A stretch of DNA of 64,000 nucleotides, from the NCBI GenBank assembly GCA_965197725.1, contig CBDANQ010000015.1:11175-75174 (forward strand), in the 5' to 3' direction. The stretch's first letter is position 1; each line of letters opens with the position of its first letter. The stretch comes from Longimicrobiales bacterium. GTDB taxonomy: Bacteria > Gemmatimonadota > Gemmatimonadetes > Longimicrobiales > Gaopeijiaceae. Positions 63,456 to 64,000 of the stretch are shown here, in pieces. Made by a program: the position numbers and the translations under genes. The notes below the pieces were generated by a model. It did not search any database and was not told the DNA's origin. It worked only from the letters and a program-made list of their open reading frames with translations.

Positions 63456-64000
63456 AACATCCATAAGGAGTCTCTAAGGGGGTGGTTGGGGGGCAGCGGG
63501 CTCTCTTGTGTCGGTGATTTGTGTCGGTTGGGCACCTGCCGATCTGGGCCGCCTCGCAGGCCAGCCGGACGTTCCCGGTTTCGCGGTAGGCTGCGAGGAA
63601 CGCTCTCTTCTTCGGGTGTCGGCAGAGCTCTCCTCGGTCATCTCATGGTCCGGTTGCCGGCGGTCCGAAGAGACTGTTTCACATAGGGTGGTGGTCATGC
63701 ATGATTATCCCAATCTTCGGGTTCGCTTCGGGTTGTAAGATAACATAATATTGATTATGCGCGAGTCGCGAGGGGCCGTTTGCCCCGTGTTCATATAACT
63801 TTACTACCACTTCCGTCCGAAAATGCATAGAAACGCAGATCGAACGGGCCCGATCCGCGCTGCATAAACCTGCACCTTCCGTTGCCCAGTTTTTCCGCTC
63901 GATGGGCTTCGTGAGCGGGCTGTTCAAGCTGGGGCTGCGGTTGGTGTAGTAGAATCTGCTCGCGCTCTGCTGACCTGCGCCGCATCTTGAGCGCATGAGC

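Noticed and set aside
63679..63996. 105-aa minus-strand ORF at the window end
   Set aside because: No recognisable motif, atypical composition and cut by the window edge, so it cannot be supported as a gene.

Overview
GC-rich bacterial chromosomal segment. Gene content and order suggest Gemmatimonadota, but this is inference, not a database result. Most of it is core genome: etfB (partial), a 3-methyladenine glycosylase, a NYN ribonuclease, an acyl-CoA ligase, aroB, PBP1A, a thymidine phosphorylase, V4R-ruvX-mltG-thiE, a complete atp operon (I/Z-B-E-F-H-A-G-D-C), moxR, a CNNM/hemolysin, pilD, a TrmH-family methylase, thiD, PNP-nupC, dnaK-htrA, tRNA-Leu(TAG)-tig-clpP-clpX-lon-engB and aroC-aroK-topA-trmFO-xerC-hslV-hslU-argF-gcvT-mog-sigma54 activator. 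No CRISPR array, integrase or intact IS was seen. Four signals stand out. (1) A candidate sigma-54 heat-shock/proteostasis regulon: -24/-12 promoters precede dnaK and hslVU, each has a GCC-N5-GGC palindrome at the same offset, and an enhancer-binding protein with a pseudo-receiver domain ends the hslVU operon. (2) A NYN-LOTUS-LOTUS-HhH protein with a MARF1-like architecture and a structured 5' leader. (3) A type IV pilus locus (53.7-62.3 kb) that appears to be decaying through short tandem duplications, indels and deletions, including an in-frame secretin/beta-propeller chimera. (4) Window-wide mutational load: substitutions at near-invariant residues, many short tandem duplications, and single-base indels in topA and aroK. 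Some of (3) and (4) may be assembly error.
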